From Mobula birostris (lineage: Eukaryota): 64,000 bases of DNA. The DNA is taken from positions 143,788,490 to 143,852,489 of the forward strand of contig NC_092371.1 in NCBI RefSeq assembly GCF_030028105.1, written 5' to 3'. Positions within the stretch are counted from its first letter, which is position 1, and the number at the start of each line of letters is the position of its first letter. The position numbers were made by a program, and so were the translations under genes. Of the stretch, positions 1-11,224 are shown piece after piece. The notes below the pieces were generated by a model, which did not search any database, was not told where the DNA came from, and was given only the letters and a program-made list of their open reading frames with translations.

Positions 1-552
1 CTTGCAAAGCTGCAAAATGCAATTAGCTGAGTCCACTTATGCACATTTACTTTAATTTAAACTATCAAGGGCTGGGCTGCATCCACTGGATTGGTATGAA
101 ATATATGAGATGTACATTTGGCCAGTATACCACTCTTCAATCAGTGCCCAATCTAGACCAGGACAACAAAGATTAAATGCTTCTTTAAGTGGATCCTGCA
201 TCAGATTCTCAAGTGAGGAAAACCTATCTGACTGCTTTGCAGACAGAACTGAAACTACAATGCACAGGCTGGAACATCTGCACAAGCACATACACGGGGA
301 CTCAATCTGGCAAATACAAGCCACTTGAGTGACATTACTTAATTTATTGACTATCTGAAATACAATGGATAATGACTTCTGTATCTTTGGTAGTGTGATG
401 ATAGTAAATTCTTGCAGTACAACTATCTTCAGGATTACCCAATTGCTAGGAAATGTTTCTTAAGCAGTATGCAAGATGATTAAAGATGTAAAAGGATATA
501 TTTTTAAAAGGTTACCCTTACTGCCATGGTTTACTGGCAAGAAAATGCACAG

Positions 553-561
553 AAAGGATAC
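553..561 (-). other. U12-type (minor spliceosome) 5' splice site of the last orc3 intron
   Basis: Minus strand reads exon|GTATCCTTTC, an exact match to the U12 donor consensus RTATCCTTT. The branch point and final exon are not in the window. Confidence 0.9.
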
Positions 562-641
562 TGTAGAATATCATCCACCTGTCCGTTATTTATTTTGTCT
601 GAATCCTTCCCCTCTGCAGCACAAACCACGGTAGCAAATGC
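562..641 (-). CDS. orc3: ORC3 coding exon (exon 19 equivalent, penultimate), 80 nt
   Basis: AFATVVCAAEGKDSDKINNGQVDDIL(H), compare AFATVVTAAEK...EIIH. CAG acceptor; donor GTATCCTTT. Confidence 0.94.
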
Positions 642-1004
642 CTGGAAATAAATGTCTGGTTCAGTCAGTTAAAATAGCAGTACATAATACTACTGAAGTT
701 CAAGGAGGTCCATACAAATATATCACCATTATTTTGGTATATCACAGCCACAAAGTTATTTTCAATGAAAGCCTCAACATACATTTTTCTCAGAAATTTA
801 ACCAAAAAACAAAACAGATATTTAAACTTGTGAAACTCTAAAATGAAAAGCTTAATGCATTACTAGTAGTATATTACATCACTTGTACTGAGGTAGATTT
901 TGCATGCCTTTTACTAGCAGTTCCCTGAGAACCACCTGTTCTCCCCCGCTCATGGCCTATGCACGTGGAGTGGGATGGAGAAGACAGATGCTAGCAGATA
1001 TCGT

Positions 1005-1310
1005 GGGCAGGTAGCGCCGCAGTTAGCGGGACACTATCACAACTCAGGGCGTCAGAGTTCACAGTTCAATTCTGACATCATCTGTAAGGAGTCTGTATGT
1101 TCCTCTTCATGAATGTGTGGGTGCTCTGGCTTCCTCCCACGTTCCAGCTGGTAGGTTAATTGGTCATTGTAAGTAATGCTGTGATTAGGCTAAGGTTAAA
1201 TAGATGAGTTCCTGGGTGGCACAACTCGTTAGCCCATAACGAGCCATAACTTGTTATTCCATGTTGTATCTCCAAATAAATAAATAAATGAATGATGAAT
1301 GAATGAATGA
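1005..1310 (+). mobile_element. HE1-like tRNA-derived V-SINE
   Basis: tRNA-like head (GGTAGCG...GTTCAATT), V-domain remnant TTCCTCCCAC, (AAAT)n tail. Confidence 0.75.
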
Positions 1311-1569
1311 AAACTGGTAGCAAAGCAAAGATGTGCAGAGAAAAGGGGGTGGAGACACTTTGCACCCTGCCCCTCAGCTTTATATTAGAGAAAGCTGGCA
1401 TACGAAGTATACGCAGAATAATAAGAATGAAGAGGCCAATCTTTAGGAAAAAAGTCAATGGAAAACTGTGAGTGATGCAACAACAGCTACAATAATATTT
1501 AATAGTAATTATAATGGCATGTTGCATTAGTAAGTCATTTCTGTTGCATCCTTCATGGACTGTCTACAC

Positions 1570-1950
1570 CACTTGCTGCCTCAGTAAAGGAGCCAGCACA
1601 ATCAGCACACCCGACATTCTCTCTTCTCCCTCCCATCGGGCAGAAGACACAAAAGCCTGAAAGCACATACCACCAGGCTCAAGGACAGACTTCATCCTGC
1701 TGTTATAAGACTACTGAATGGTCTCCTGTTATGAAAGGATGAAGTCTTGACCTCACAATCTACTTTGCTATGGCCTTATTGTCTAGCTGCACTGCACTTT
1801 CTCTGTACTGTAGTACTTACTCAGTATTCTGTTATTATTTTACCTTGTACTACCTCAATGCACTGTTGTAATGAAATGATCTGTACAGTCATTATGAAAG
1901 ATAAGTTTTTTACCTTAACTTGGTACACGTGACAATAATGAACTAATTTG
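1570..1950 (+). mobile_element. Rex1/Babar LINE 3' end
   Basis: LPSGRR..SLKAHTTRLKD...PAVIRLLN C-terminal motif plus 3' UTR. Confidence 0.72.
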
Positions 1951-2145
1951 CCAACTTAATATTTAGTATTTAGCTAGTCAGATTGCATTTGCACCGAAAG
2001 AGTTAAACATTCAAGTGAATGATCTATTATCAGTATTGGACCTGTTGCAACACCAATTCTACCATTTTGACCCATTTTAATGGGAAAACTCCAAAGACTT
2101 TGTGTGCTATCAGAGTTTTAAAGTGCTCGAATTATTACTGCAGTA

Positions 2146-2535
2146 ATAGACAATAGATGCAGGAGTAGGCCATTCAGCCCTTCGAGCCAGCACCTCCATT
2201 CACTGTGATCATGGCTGATCATCCACAATCAGTATCCAGTTCCTGCCTTATCCCCATAACCTTTGATTCCGCTATCTTTAAGAGCTCTATCCATCTCTTT
2301 CTCGAAAGCATCCAGAGACTTGGCCTCCACAGCCTTCTGGGGCAGAGCATTCCATATATCCACCACTCTCTGGATGAAAAAGTTTTTCCTCAACTCTGTT
2401 CTAAATGGCCTACCCCTTATTCTTAAACTGTGGCCTCTGGTTCTGGACTCACCCATCAGTGGGAACATGCTTCCTGCCTCCAGCGTGTCCAATCCCTTAA
2501 TAATCAATAAGATCCCCTCTCAGGCTTCTAAATTC
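2146..2535 (-). mobile_element. CR1 LINE 3' fragment
   Basis: ORF 2229-2507 RTRGHSLRIRG...RKNFF is the CR1 ORF2 C-terminus; (CTATTGT) tail; same subfamily as 14680-17285. Confidence 0.9.
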
Positions 2536-3142
2536 TAATGTGTCCAAAACTTTATTAAGTGGTGATATTACTTTTGATTATAGTGAAATTCATGACATTT
2601 TACAATACAAACTGTCTCAAAAAATAACAGAAATTATTCCTATTTAGCAATGGAACAGGGTTCTTCGGTGAGCTTGGTGAGTAAATGCATCACGTACAGT
2701 GCTTATAAAAAGTATTCAACCCCCTTGGAAGTTTTCATGTTTTATTGTTTTACAACATTGAATCACAGTGGATCTAATTTGGCTTTTTTTGGGACACTGA
2801 TTAACAGAAAAATATTTCTTCCTGTCAAAGTGAAAACATATTTCTACAAAGTGATCTAAATTCATTACAAATATAGAACACAAAATAATTGATTGCATAA
2901 GTATTCACCCCCTTTAATATGACACACTATATCATCACTGGTGCAGCCAATTGGTTTTAGACGTCACATAATTAGTTAAATGGAGATCACCATGTGTTTC
3001 AATTGACTGTAGTAAAATTACACCTGTAGCTAGAAGGTCCAATTACTGGTGAGTCAGTATCCTGGCAAAGTCTTCACCATGAAGACAAAAGAACACTCCA
3101 AGCGACTCCGTGAAAAGGTTATTGAAAAGCACAAGTCAGGAG

Positions 3143-6100
3143 TAGGAAGTGTGACGCCAAACCAAGTTATCAGACGATTGATGCTAATGAGAGAGATAAG
3201 AGAGACAATGGAGAAATGTTCAAAATGTTAACGAGAGAGGAGAGAGAGATTAACAGAAAAGAAACACAATTCAGCTATTGACAGACCGGTTACTTTGAAC
3301 CTGAACTGTTTGAAGTTTGATGGACAGGCGATACCCCAGCCGGAGGATAAAAAGAATAGGTTCGCTAAGGCATGGGACACACCATGAGATCACGAGATAA
3401 CGAGACCCTGGAAGAGCGATGTGCCCCCACAAGTTGGTGAGAGTTTGGAGGTCCGGTTTGCGGGAACCGACCATAGACTCACAGGGTGTACAGGTACGAT
3501 CAGTGGGAACCTGGTGTGTGTGTCCGCCCTTGCCTGGGTGCCGGGTACACCGCGGAAGAAAGGTCGTATCCGGAACGGAGGGGTCACAGTCGGTGACCAC
3601 AGCGGGATAGAAGACATCAAAGGGTCTGCCCGAAACCAACTGCGAGGACATCAAAAAGGTCTGCCTGAAACCAAATTGCATCTCTCTCTCTCCCCTACGG
3701 CACAACAGCGATTACTGTGAACAGTACCAAGCTGAACTGAACTCTGCGTCACTTAAGACTGATCATTTTACCCCTAGACTGCGATAGAGCTTGGTTTGAT
3801 TCCTATTACCCTAGTTCTGCGTACATGCGTGTATTATCATTGCTAACCTGTTGCATTTATATCCTTACGATTAGAGTACTGTGTTACTGATTTCTTTAAT
3901 AAAACTTTATTAGTTCCTAGTAATCCAGATTCCAACGAGTGGTCCATTTCTGCTGGTTTGGCAACCCAGTTACGGGGTACGTAATAGAAGGCTTTAGCTC
4001 GAGAGGCTTCGGCGAGCAGGGGCTGAGGACGAGCCTGCTCCCAGTGAGGTAAGGCCGGGTAAGTTCCTTTAATTACTCTAATTAACTTAGCAGCAAGTAA
4101 TGGAGGCAGCAGTTAGGGCAGTAGAGTGCTCCGTTTGCAGTATGTGGGAAGTCAGGGTGAGCACAACAGTCCCTGATGACTACACCTGTAAAAGGTGCAT
4201 CCAGCTGCAGCTCCTGACAAACTGAGTTAGGGAACTGGAGCTGGAGCGTTGCTGGATGAAATTCGGATCATTCAGGAGGTAGAGGCAGAAATAAACAGGA
4301 GTTACAGGGAGGTAGTCACCCCTAAAAGTCAGGAGGCAGGTAGCTGGGTGACTGTCGGGAGAGGGAAGGGGAATAGACAGAAAGAACAGAGCACCCCTGT
4401 GGCCGTTCCCATCAATAATAAGTATATCGTTTTGGATACTGTTGGTGGGGACGACCTACCAGTGACAAGTTGCAGTGGTTGCGTCTCTGGCACCCAGACT
4501 GGACCCTCAGCTCAGAAGGGAAGGAGGGAAAAGAGGAGAGCAGTAGTGATAGGGGATTCGATAGTTAGGGGTACAGATAAGAGGTTCTGTGGAAGAGATT
4601 GAGAATCCCGGATGGTCTGTTGCCTCCCTGGTGCCAGGGTCCACGATATCTCAGATCGAGTTCTCAGTATTCTCAAGAGGGAGGGTGAGCAGCTGGATGT
4701 CATGCTCCATGTAGGGACTGCACCAGGGCAGGAATGGATTTTCAATATTCCTGGATTTCAGTGCTTTAAAAAGGATAGAGAGGGGTGGCATTACTGGTTA
4801 GGGATAATATTACAGCTACAGAAAGGGTATGGATAGAAGTCAGGAACAGGAAGGGAGCAGTTACTCTTACTGGGAGTATTCTATAGGCCCCCGGTAGCAG
4901 CAGAGATACCAAGGAGCAGACTGGGAGGCAGATTTTGGAAAGGTGCAAAATAACAGGCTTATCGTGGTTGACTTTAACTTCCCTAATATTGATTGGCACC
5001 TGATTAGTTCCAATGGTTTCGACGGGGCAGAGTTTGTTAAGTGCGTCCAGGACTTAAGATCTAGTATTAGATAACGAACCGGGTCAGGTCACAGATCTCT
5101 CTGTGGGTGAGCATCTGGGGGACAGTGACCACCACTCCCTGGCCTTTAACATTATCATGGAAAAGGATAGAATCAGAGAGGACAGGAACATTTTTAATTG
5201 GGGAAGGGCAAATTATGAGGCTATAAGGCTAGAACTTGCGGGTGTGAATTGGGATGATGTTTTTTCAGGGAAATGTACTATGGACATGTGGTCGATGTTT
5301 AGAGATCTCTTGCAAGACGTTAGGGATAAATTTGTCCCAGTGAGGAAGATAAAGAATGGTAGGGTGAAGGAACCATGGGTGACAAGTGAGGTGGAGAATC
5401 TAGTCAGGTGGAAGAAGGCAGCATACCTGAGGTTTAGGAAGCAAGGATCAGATGGGTCTATTGAGGAATATAGGGTAGCAAGAAAGGAGCTTAAGAAGGG
5501 GCTGAGGAGAGCAAGAAGGGGACATGAGAAGGCCTTGGCGAGTAGGGTAAAGGAAAAGCCCAAGGCATTCTTCAATTATGTGAAGAAAAAAAGGATGACA
5601 GGAGTGAAGATAGGACTGACTGGAGATAAAGATGGGAAGATGCGCCTGAAGGCTGTGGAAGTGAGTGAAGTCCTCAATGAATACTTCTCTTCGGTATTCA
5701 CCAATGAGAGGGAACTTGATGACGGTGAGGACAATATGAATGAGGTTGATGTTCTGGAGCATGTTGATATTAAGGGAGAGGAGCTGTTGTTGTTAAAATA
5801 CATTAGGACAGATAAGGCCCCGGGGCCTGACGGAATATTCCTCAGGCTGCTCCACGAGGCAAGGAAAGAGATTGCTGAGCCTCTGGCTAGGATCTTTATG
5901 TCCTCGTTGTCCACAGGAATGGTACCGGAGGATTGGAGGGAGGCGAATGTTGTCCCTTTGTTCAAAAAAGGTAGTGGGGATAGTCCGGGTAATTATAGAC
6001 CAGTGAGCCTTATGTCTGTGGTGGGAAAGCTGTTGGAAAAGATTCCTAGAGATCTGATCTATGGGCATTTAGAGAATCATGGTCTGATCAGGGACAGTCA

Positions 6101-7347
6101 GCATGGCTTTGTGAAGGGCAGATCCTGTCTAACAAGCCTGATAGAATTCTTTGAGGAGGTGACCAGGTGTATCGATGAGGGTAGTGCAGTGGATATGAGC
6201 TACATGGATTTCAGTAAGGCATTTGACAAGGTTCCATACGGTAGGCTTACTCAGAAAGTCAGAAGGCATGGGATCCGGGGAAGTTTGGCTAGGTGGATTC
6301 AGAATTGGCTTGCCTGCAGAAAGCAGAGGGTCGTGGTGGAGGGAGTACATTCGGATTGGAGGGTTGTGACTAGTCGTGTCCCACAAGGATCGGTTCTGGG
6401 ACCCCTACTTTTCGTGATTTTTATTAACAACCTGGATGTGGGGGTAGAGGGGTGGGTTGGCAAGTTTGCAGAAGACACAAAGGTTGGTGGTGTTGTGGAT
6501 AGTGTACAGGATTGTCGAAGATGGCAGAGGGACATTGATAGGTTGCAGAAGTGGGCTGAGAAGTGGCAGATGGAGTTCAACCCTGAGAAGTGTGAGGTGG
6601 TACACTTTGGAAGGACAAACTCCAAGGCAGAGTACAAAGTAAATGGCAGGATACTTGGAAGTGTGGAGGAGCAGAGGGATCTGAGGGTACATGTCTACAG
6701 ATCCCTTAAAGTTGCCTCAGAGGTAGATAGGGTAGTTAAGAAAGCTTGTAGGGTGTTAGCTTCCATAAGTCGAGGGATAGAGTTTAAGAGTCGCAAGGTA
6801 ATGATGCAGCTCTATAAAACTCTGGTTAGGCCACACTTGAGAGTACTGTGTCCAGTTCTGGTCGCCTCACTATAGGAAGGGTGTGGAAGCATTGGAAAGG
6901 GTACAGAGGAGATTTACCAGGATGTTGCCTGGTTTAGAGAGTAAGGATTATGATCAGAGATTAAGGGAGCTAGGGCTTTACTCTTTGGAGAGAAAGAGGA
7001 TGAGAGGAGACATGATAGAGGTGTACAAGATAATAAGAGGAATAGATAGAATGGATAGCCAGCGCCTCTTCCCCAGGGCACCACTGCTCAATACAAGAGG
7101 ACATGGCTTTAAGGTAAGGGGTGGGAAGTTCAAGGAGGGATATTAGAGGAAGGTTTTTTTTACTCAGAGAGTGGTTGGTGCATGGAATGCACTGCCTAGT
7201 GTAGTGGAGGCAGATACACTAGTGAAATTTAAGAGACTGCTAGACAGGTATATGGAGGAATTTAAGGTGGGGGGTTATTCGGGAGGCAGGGTTTAAGGGT
7301 CGGCACAACATTGTGGGCCGAAGGGCCTGTACTGTTCTATGTTCTAT
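3143..7347 (+). mobile_element. Near-full-length CR1 LINE (ORF1 Zn-finger/leucine zipper/esterase plus ORF2 APE-RT), frameshifted
   Basis: ORF1 from 4100: CSVC...CKRC, VRELELE, VVIGDSIVRG (SGNH esterase). ORF2 RT at 5103-6875: [30 protein letters not shown]. 3' tail (GTTCTAT)n. Confidence 0.95.
3150..3986 (+). mobile_element. Solo LTR (837 bp) with 4-bp TSD GAAG
   Basis: GAAG|TGTGACG...CGTAATA|GAAG; TATA-like GATAAAA near 3346; AATAAA at 3898-3903; internal ~35-bp tandem duplication at 3610-3679; no coding capacity. Confidence 0.8.
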
Positions 7348-8814
7348 GAGATGGGTACAAGAATATTTCCAAGTTACTAAATATCCCTTGGAATACAGTT
7401 AAGTCGATCATCAAGAAATGAAAAGAATATAGAACATCTGAAAAACTGCCTAGAGCAGGCAGTCTTCAGAAACTGAATGACCGTGCAAGAAGGGAACTAG
7501 TGAGGGAGGCCACCAAGTGACCTATCACAACTCTGGAGGAGTTATAAGCTTCAGTGGATGAGATGGGAGAGGCTGCCTATTCGCCTGTTGCCCGGGTGCT
7601 TCACCAGTCACAGCTTTATGGGAGAGTGGAAAAGAGAAAGTCCCTGTTGAAAAAAACTCATGGCCAAAGTCAGAGGCCAGTCCTCAATTCAATTGCGAAT
7701 TTGTGGCTGGACTTGAAAAGAGCTGTTCATTCATGATCCCCATGCAATCTGACAGAGCTTGAGCAGTTTTGTAAAGAAGAATGGGGAAAAATTGCAGCGT
7801 CCAGATGTGCAAAGCTGATAGAGAACTATCCACAGACTCAAGGATGTAATTGCTGGCCAAAAGTGCATCTCCTCAATACTGACCTGAAGGGGTAAATACT
7901 TATGCAATCAATTATATTGAGTTTTATATTTGTAATTAATTTAGATCACTTTGTAGAGATCTGTTTTCACTTTGACACAAATCTTTTTTCAGTTGATCAG
8001 TGTCAAAAAAAAAGCCGAAATTAAATCCACTGTGAATCAATGCTGAAAATTTTTATAGGCACTGTATGTTAGGACCAAGGTGGTCATATTCAGTTTTAAT
8101 CAATGGTTTATAATCTTTTGTGGTGTTTTTCTGTGATTACAATTCTGGATGAGGAAGTATTTGAAAAGAGAGCCACATTAGACTGCTGTAAATAGGCATT
8201 GAAACAGTGTCTATGGATCACAGGGTAACTAAAGGAAAGCGTATGAGGTTAAGAAGTGAAACTTACAGAGAAGCTTTGAGACAGTTTATAAGTGAATTAG
8301 ACAATGCCATGCAATTGGCCTCTTTACCACAAACATATCTGATCTCAGCTTTCACAACAACAAGAAGTGATTTGTAGCCACATCCTGGTAACTAAATGGA
8401 AGATGAGAAACAGTCTTACATAATAAGAGCCAGTTATAATCACAGTAAGTGAAATTTAACCAAGGATGCAAGGCATTTAGAGCAGCATATGCAATGTGTG
8501 GGATCCTAGGTAATTGTTATCCAGCAATCTGAAGCACACATTTCAAAAACAAACGTGGGCAAAATTTAAAGCTGACGTCTCATTTTAAAGTCTTAAGATG
8601 CTTTAGGTCTTTGAAAGCAAGCCGCAAACTATCTCAGACAACAGTTCAAGGTACTGGGAATTTCCAGTTACTTTCACCGATTGGAGTGAAAACTGATTAT
8701 ATTCTCCCCATAGGATTCTTTTTCAGCATCAAACTACTCTGAAGAATTAAGTCCAAATTTTCTACTTCAGGATGCACTGCACCACTCATTATGTTCAATG
8801 CTATATGGTCAAAA

Positions 8815-9115
8815 CTGAGCAACACACGCAATATGCTGGAGGAACTCAGTAGATCAGGCAACATCAGAGAGGAATAAAACAGTTGACATTTCCGGTCAAG
8901 GACCCTCACCAGGACTGAAAAGGAGGGGGACAGAAACCAGAATGTGATTGGGGGAGGGATGGAAGAGGAAGGAGTACGAGCTGGCAGGTGATAGTTGAGA
9001 CCAGGTGAAGGGGAAAGTGGGTAGGTGGAGGAGGGGAATAAAGTAAGAAGCTGGGAGGGGGTAAGTGGAAGCAGTAAGGGGTTGAAGAAGAAATCTAATA
9101 GAAGAGGACTGTGGA
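8815..9115 (-). mobile_element. Penelope 3' UTR fragment with degenerate hammerhead
   Basis: Matches the PLE tail consensus; minus strand CAGTC-CTGGTGA...GAAATGTC-AACTG at about 8880-8917. Confidence 0.75.
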
Positions 9116-9469
9116 GGGAGAGTTCAACTGACCTCCGTATCCATTGGTAAGCTTGAACAACAGGCCAAATTTAGGACTCTCTGGCTCACAGAATTCAAAA
9201 GAAGAAAATAAAATTCCTTTGACTCAGGATTTGAAGCTGGGGATAACGCTAACTCCTTCAATGTTGACCCTTAACTTACCTCCATCCTACTAGCCACAAA
9301 GATCCGGTGATATGTATCCTAAGCAGGTCTCATTTACTAAGCCTGACACCATCTTCTCACAAGCAGCAGACCGGGACAAAGGATATTTTAACTACATTTC
9401 ACAGGATGATAAATGAGGACAGGAATATACATAAATGAAAAATATCAAAGCTGAAATATAGTCATGGAG

Positions 9470-10385
9470 TACGAAAGCAGAAAACAGACACCTTGGCCCA
9501 TCTAATTCATACTTACCCAATTTGCCTAATCCCATTTACCTGCACTTGGACCAAATCCCTCTAAACCCCTTTCATCCAATTTCCCTTAAATGCTACATTT
9601 GAACCACATCTACCACTTCTGCTGGCAGTTGGTCCACACTCACACCACCCTCCAAGTGAAAAAGTTTTCCCTCAGATTTGCTTTGAAAATTTCACCTTTC
9701 ACTCTAAACCTACAGCCTCTAGTTCTAGTCTCACTTAATCTGGGTGGGGGGGGGAAGAGGAGAGACTGTAAATTCAAATCTCCCCTTCTTCTGTAAATTC
9801 AAATCTCTCCTTTTTCTCCAAAGCTCCTAAAGTCCTAACCTATTCAACCTTTCCCTATAACTTAGAACTATAATTCTTGCACCCCTTCAAGCTTATTAAA
9901 ATCTTTCCCTGTAGGTAGGAGGCAATAACTTGGTCTCACTTTCTTGTACAACTTCAACATAACATCCCAACTACTGTTCTCAAAGTCCTGACACCCTGAC
10001 TTATGAAGATCAAAAACTCCCTTTATGACCTTGTACCAAAAACTCTTTTACAACCCTATCTACCTGTGATGCTACTTTCAGGGAATTATGGATCTGCATT
10101 CTCAAGATGTCTCTTGTCTAATGCACCTCTCAGTTCCCTACCATTCATTGTTTATGTCCTACTCTAGTTTGTCTATCTAAAGTGCAATACCTCTCATTTG
10201 TCTGCATTAATTCCGCCTGCCATTTTCCAGCCTATTTTCCCAGCTGATCAATTATCTTACTAAAGTCCACATGGACAACATCTAAAACACTTCCTTCATC
10301 AATCTGGATCTCCTCAAAAAAAAAAATAGTAAGGCAGAACTGTCCCCTCACAAAACCATGCTGGTATGCCTAATCAATCACTGTC
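9470..10385 (-). mobile_element. Old CR1 LINE 3' fragment
   Basis: CR1 tail and RTRGC...GEIF-type C-terminus on the minus strand; heavily decayed. Confidence 0.65.
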
Positions 10386-11224
10386 TTTCCAAAAGAACAT
10401 ACACCTTGAGTTGGCCTTGGAGGAATTAAAATATGGATTACAGTATTGAACTTGAATGGGTCAAGGACAGTGGAAGCAGACAAACGAATTGTCTTTGTTC
10501 TTGCCATGAGGTTGAAGGAATGGAGGCTGCCATTTTGTGAAATTGCTCTATGCCCTTTATTATGTAAACTGGTGTTGCTTGGTTTTAATAGTAGACACAA
10601 TGATGCTCCAGGTAATCTGCTGAACTAGAGATAAGAAGTTGCATATAACTCCAAATAAAAAGTTATTTGTGAGGTATTCTTCGATTAGGTTTGTGAATGG
10701 TGGAGGCAGTTTCTGCCCGGAGTGATTCAAGCTGGTTACTGGTTTGAGCCAGAGGTCGAGAGAACGAAGAGCCATAAATTACAAGTTGCCAGTTGTCACT
10801 TGCGGAAGGAAAGCAATAAATGGATGCTGGCTTAGACCAGAGCCAATAGCGTGTAATAGGTCTGTCAGATGACCCAAAACCAATAACATTGAAAGGCAAC
10901 ATTTAAACTGGCAAGGAATGAATATAAAAGCAGAGATTTTCAGATACAAAATAGAAATAACTCTGGAGATTCACCATTGTGAGGAAGAAGCCCCTTGACA
11001 GAGGCTGGGAGAAGGAGGGTCAATCATTTGGCCAACAGAAACTCCCTATTTCAGTGTTATAAATCAGAAAAGTAATATGAATGAGTATTGGCATAGAGGG
11101 AACAGTAGAATTCATGTTTTAAGTTATTGACCTGGGGTCAACATAGTTACGTTGTTGTTTGTGCAGAGACAATAAAGTGTGAGCTTCGATTAACTAAGAG
11201 TTGTGTAGTGAGTTTCCTGACCTA

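Larger units (their letters stand above)
2697..8064 (+). mobile_element. Tc1-family DNA transposon (IR/DR type), decayed, interrupted by a CR1 LINE and a solo LTR
   Basis: TA|CAGTG...CACTG|TA ends and ~200-bp TIRs with inner/outer AAGTATTCA(A)CCCCC repeats. Transposase MKTKEHSKRLREKVIEKHKSG (from 3079) resumes at 7351 as DGYKNISKLLNIPWNTVKSIIKK, with stops and an internal deletion. Confidence 0.92.

Noticed and set aside
52-328. Overlapping ORFs 52-324(-) and 110-328(+) as the final orc3 exon or an akirin2 exon
   Set aside because: No ARFIRAVSELE...LTWGGC-like peptide, no U12 branch point and no recognisable AKIRIN2 sequence; treated as intronic.
5103-6875. 590-aa RT ORF as an active or domesticated gene
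   Set aside because: The catalytic motif reads FAED instead of FADD, and the ORF is bounded by frameshifts and deletions; it is a decayed CR1.
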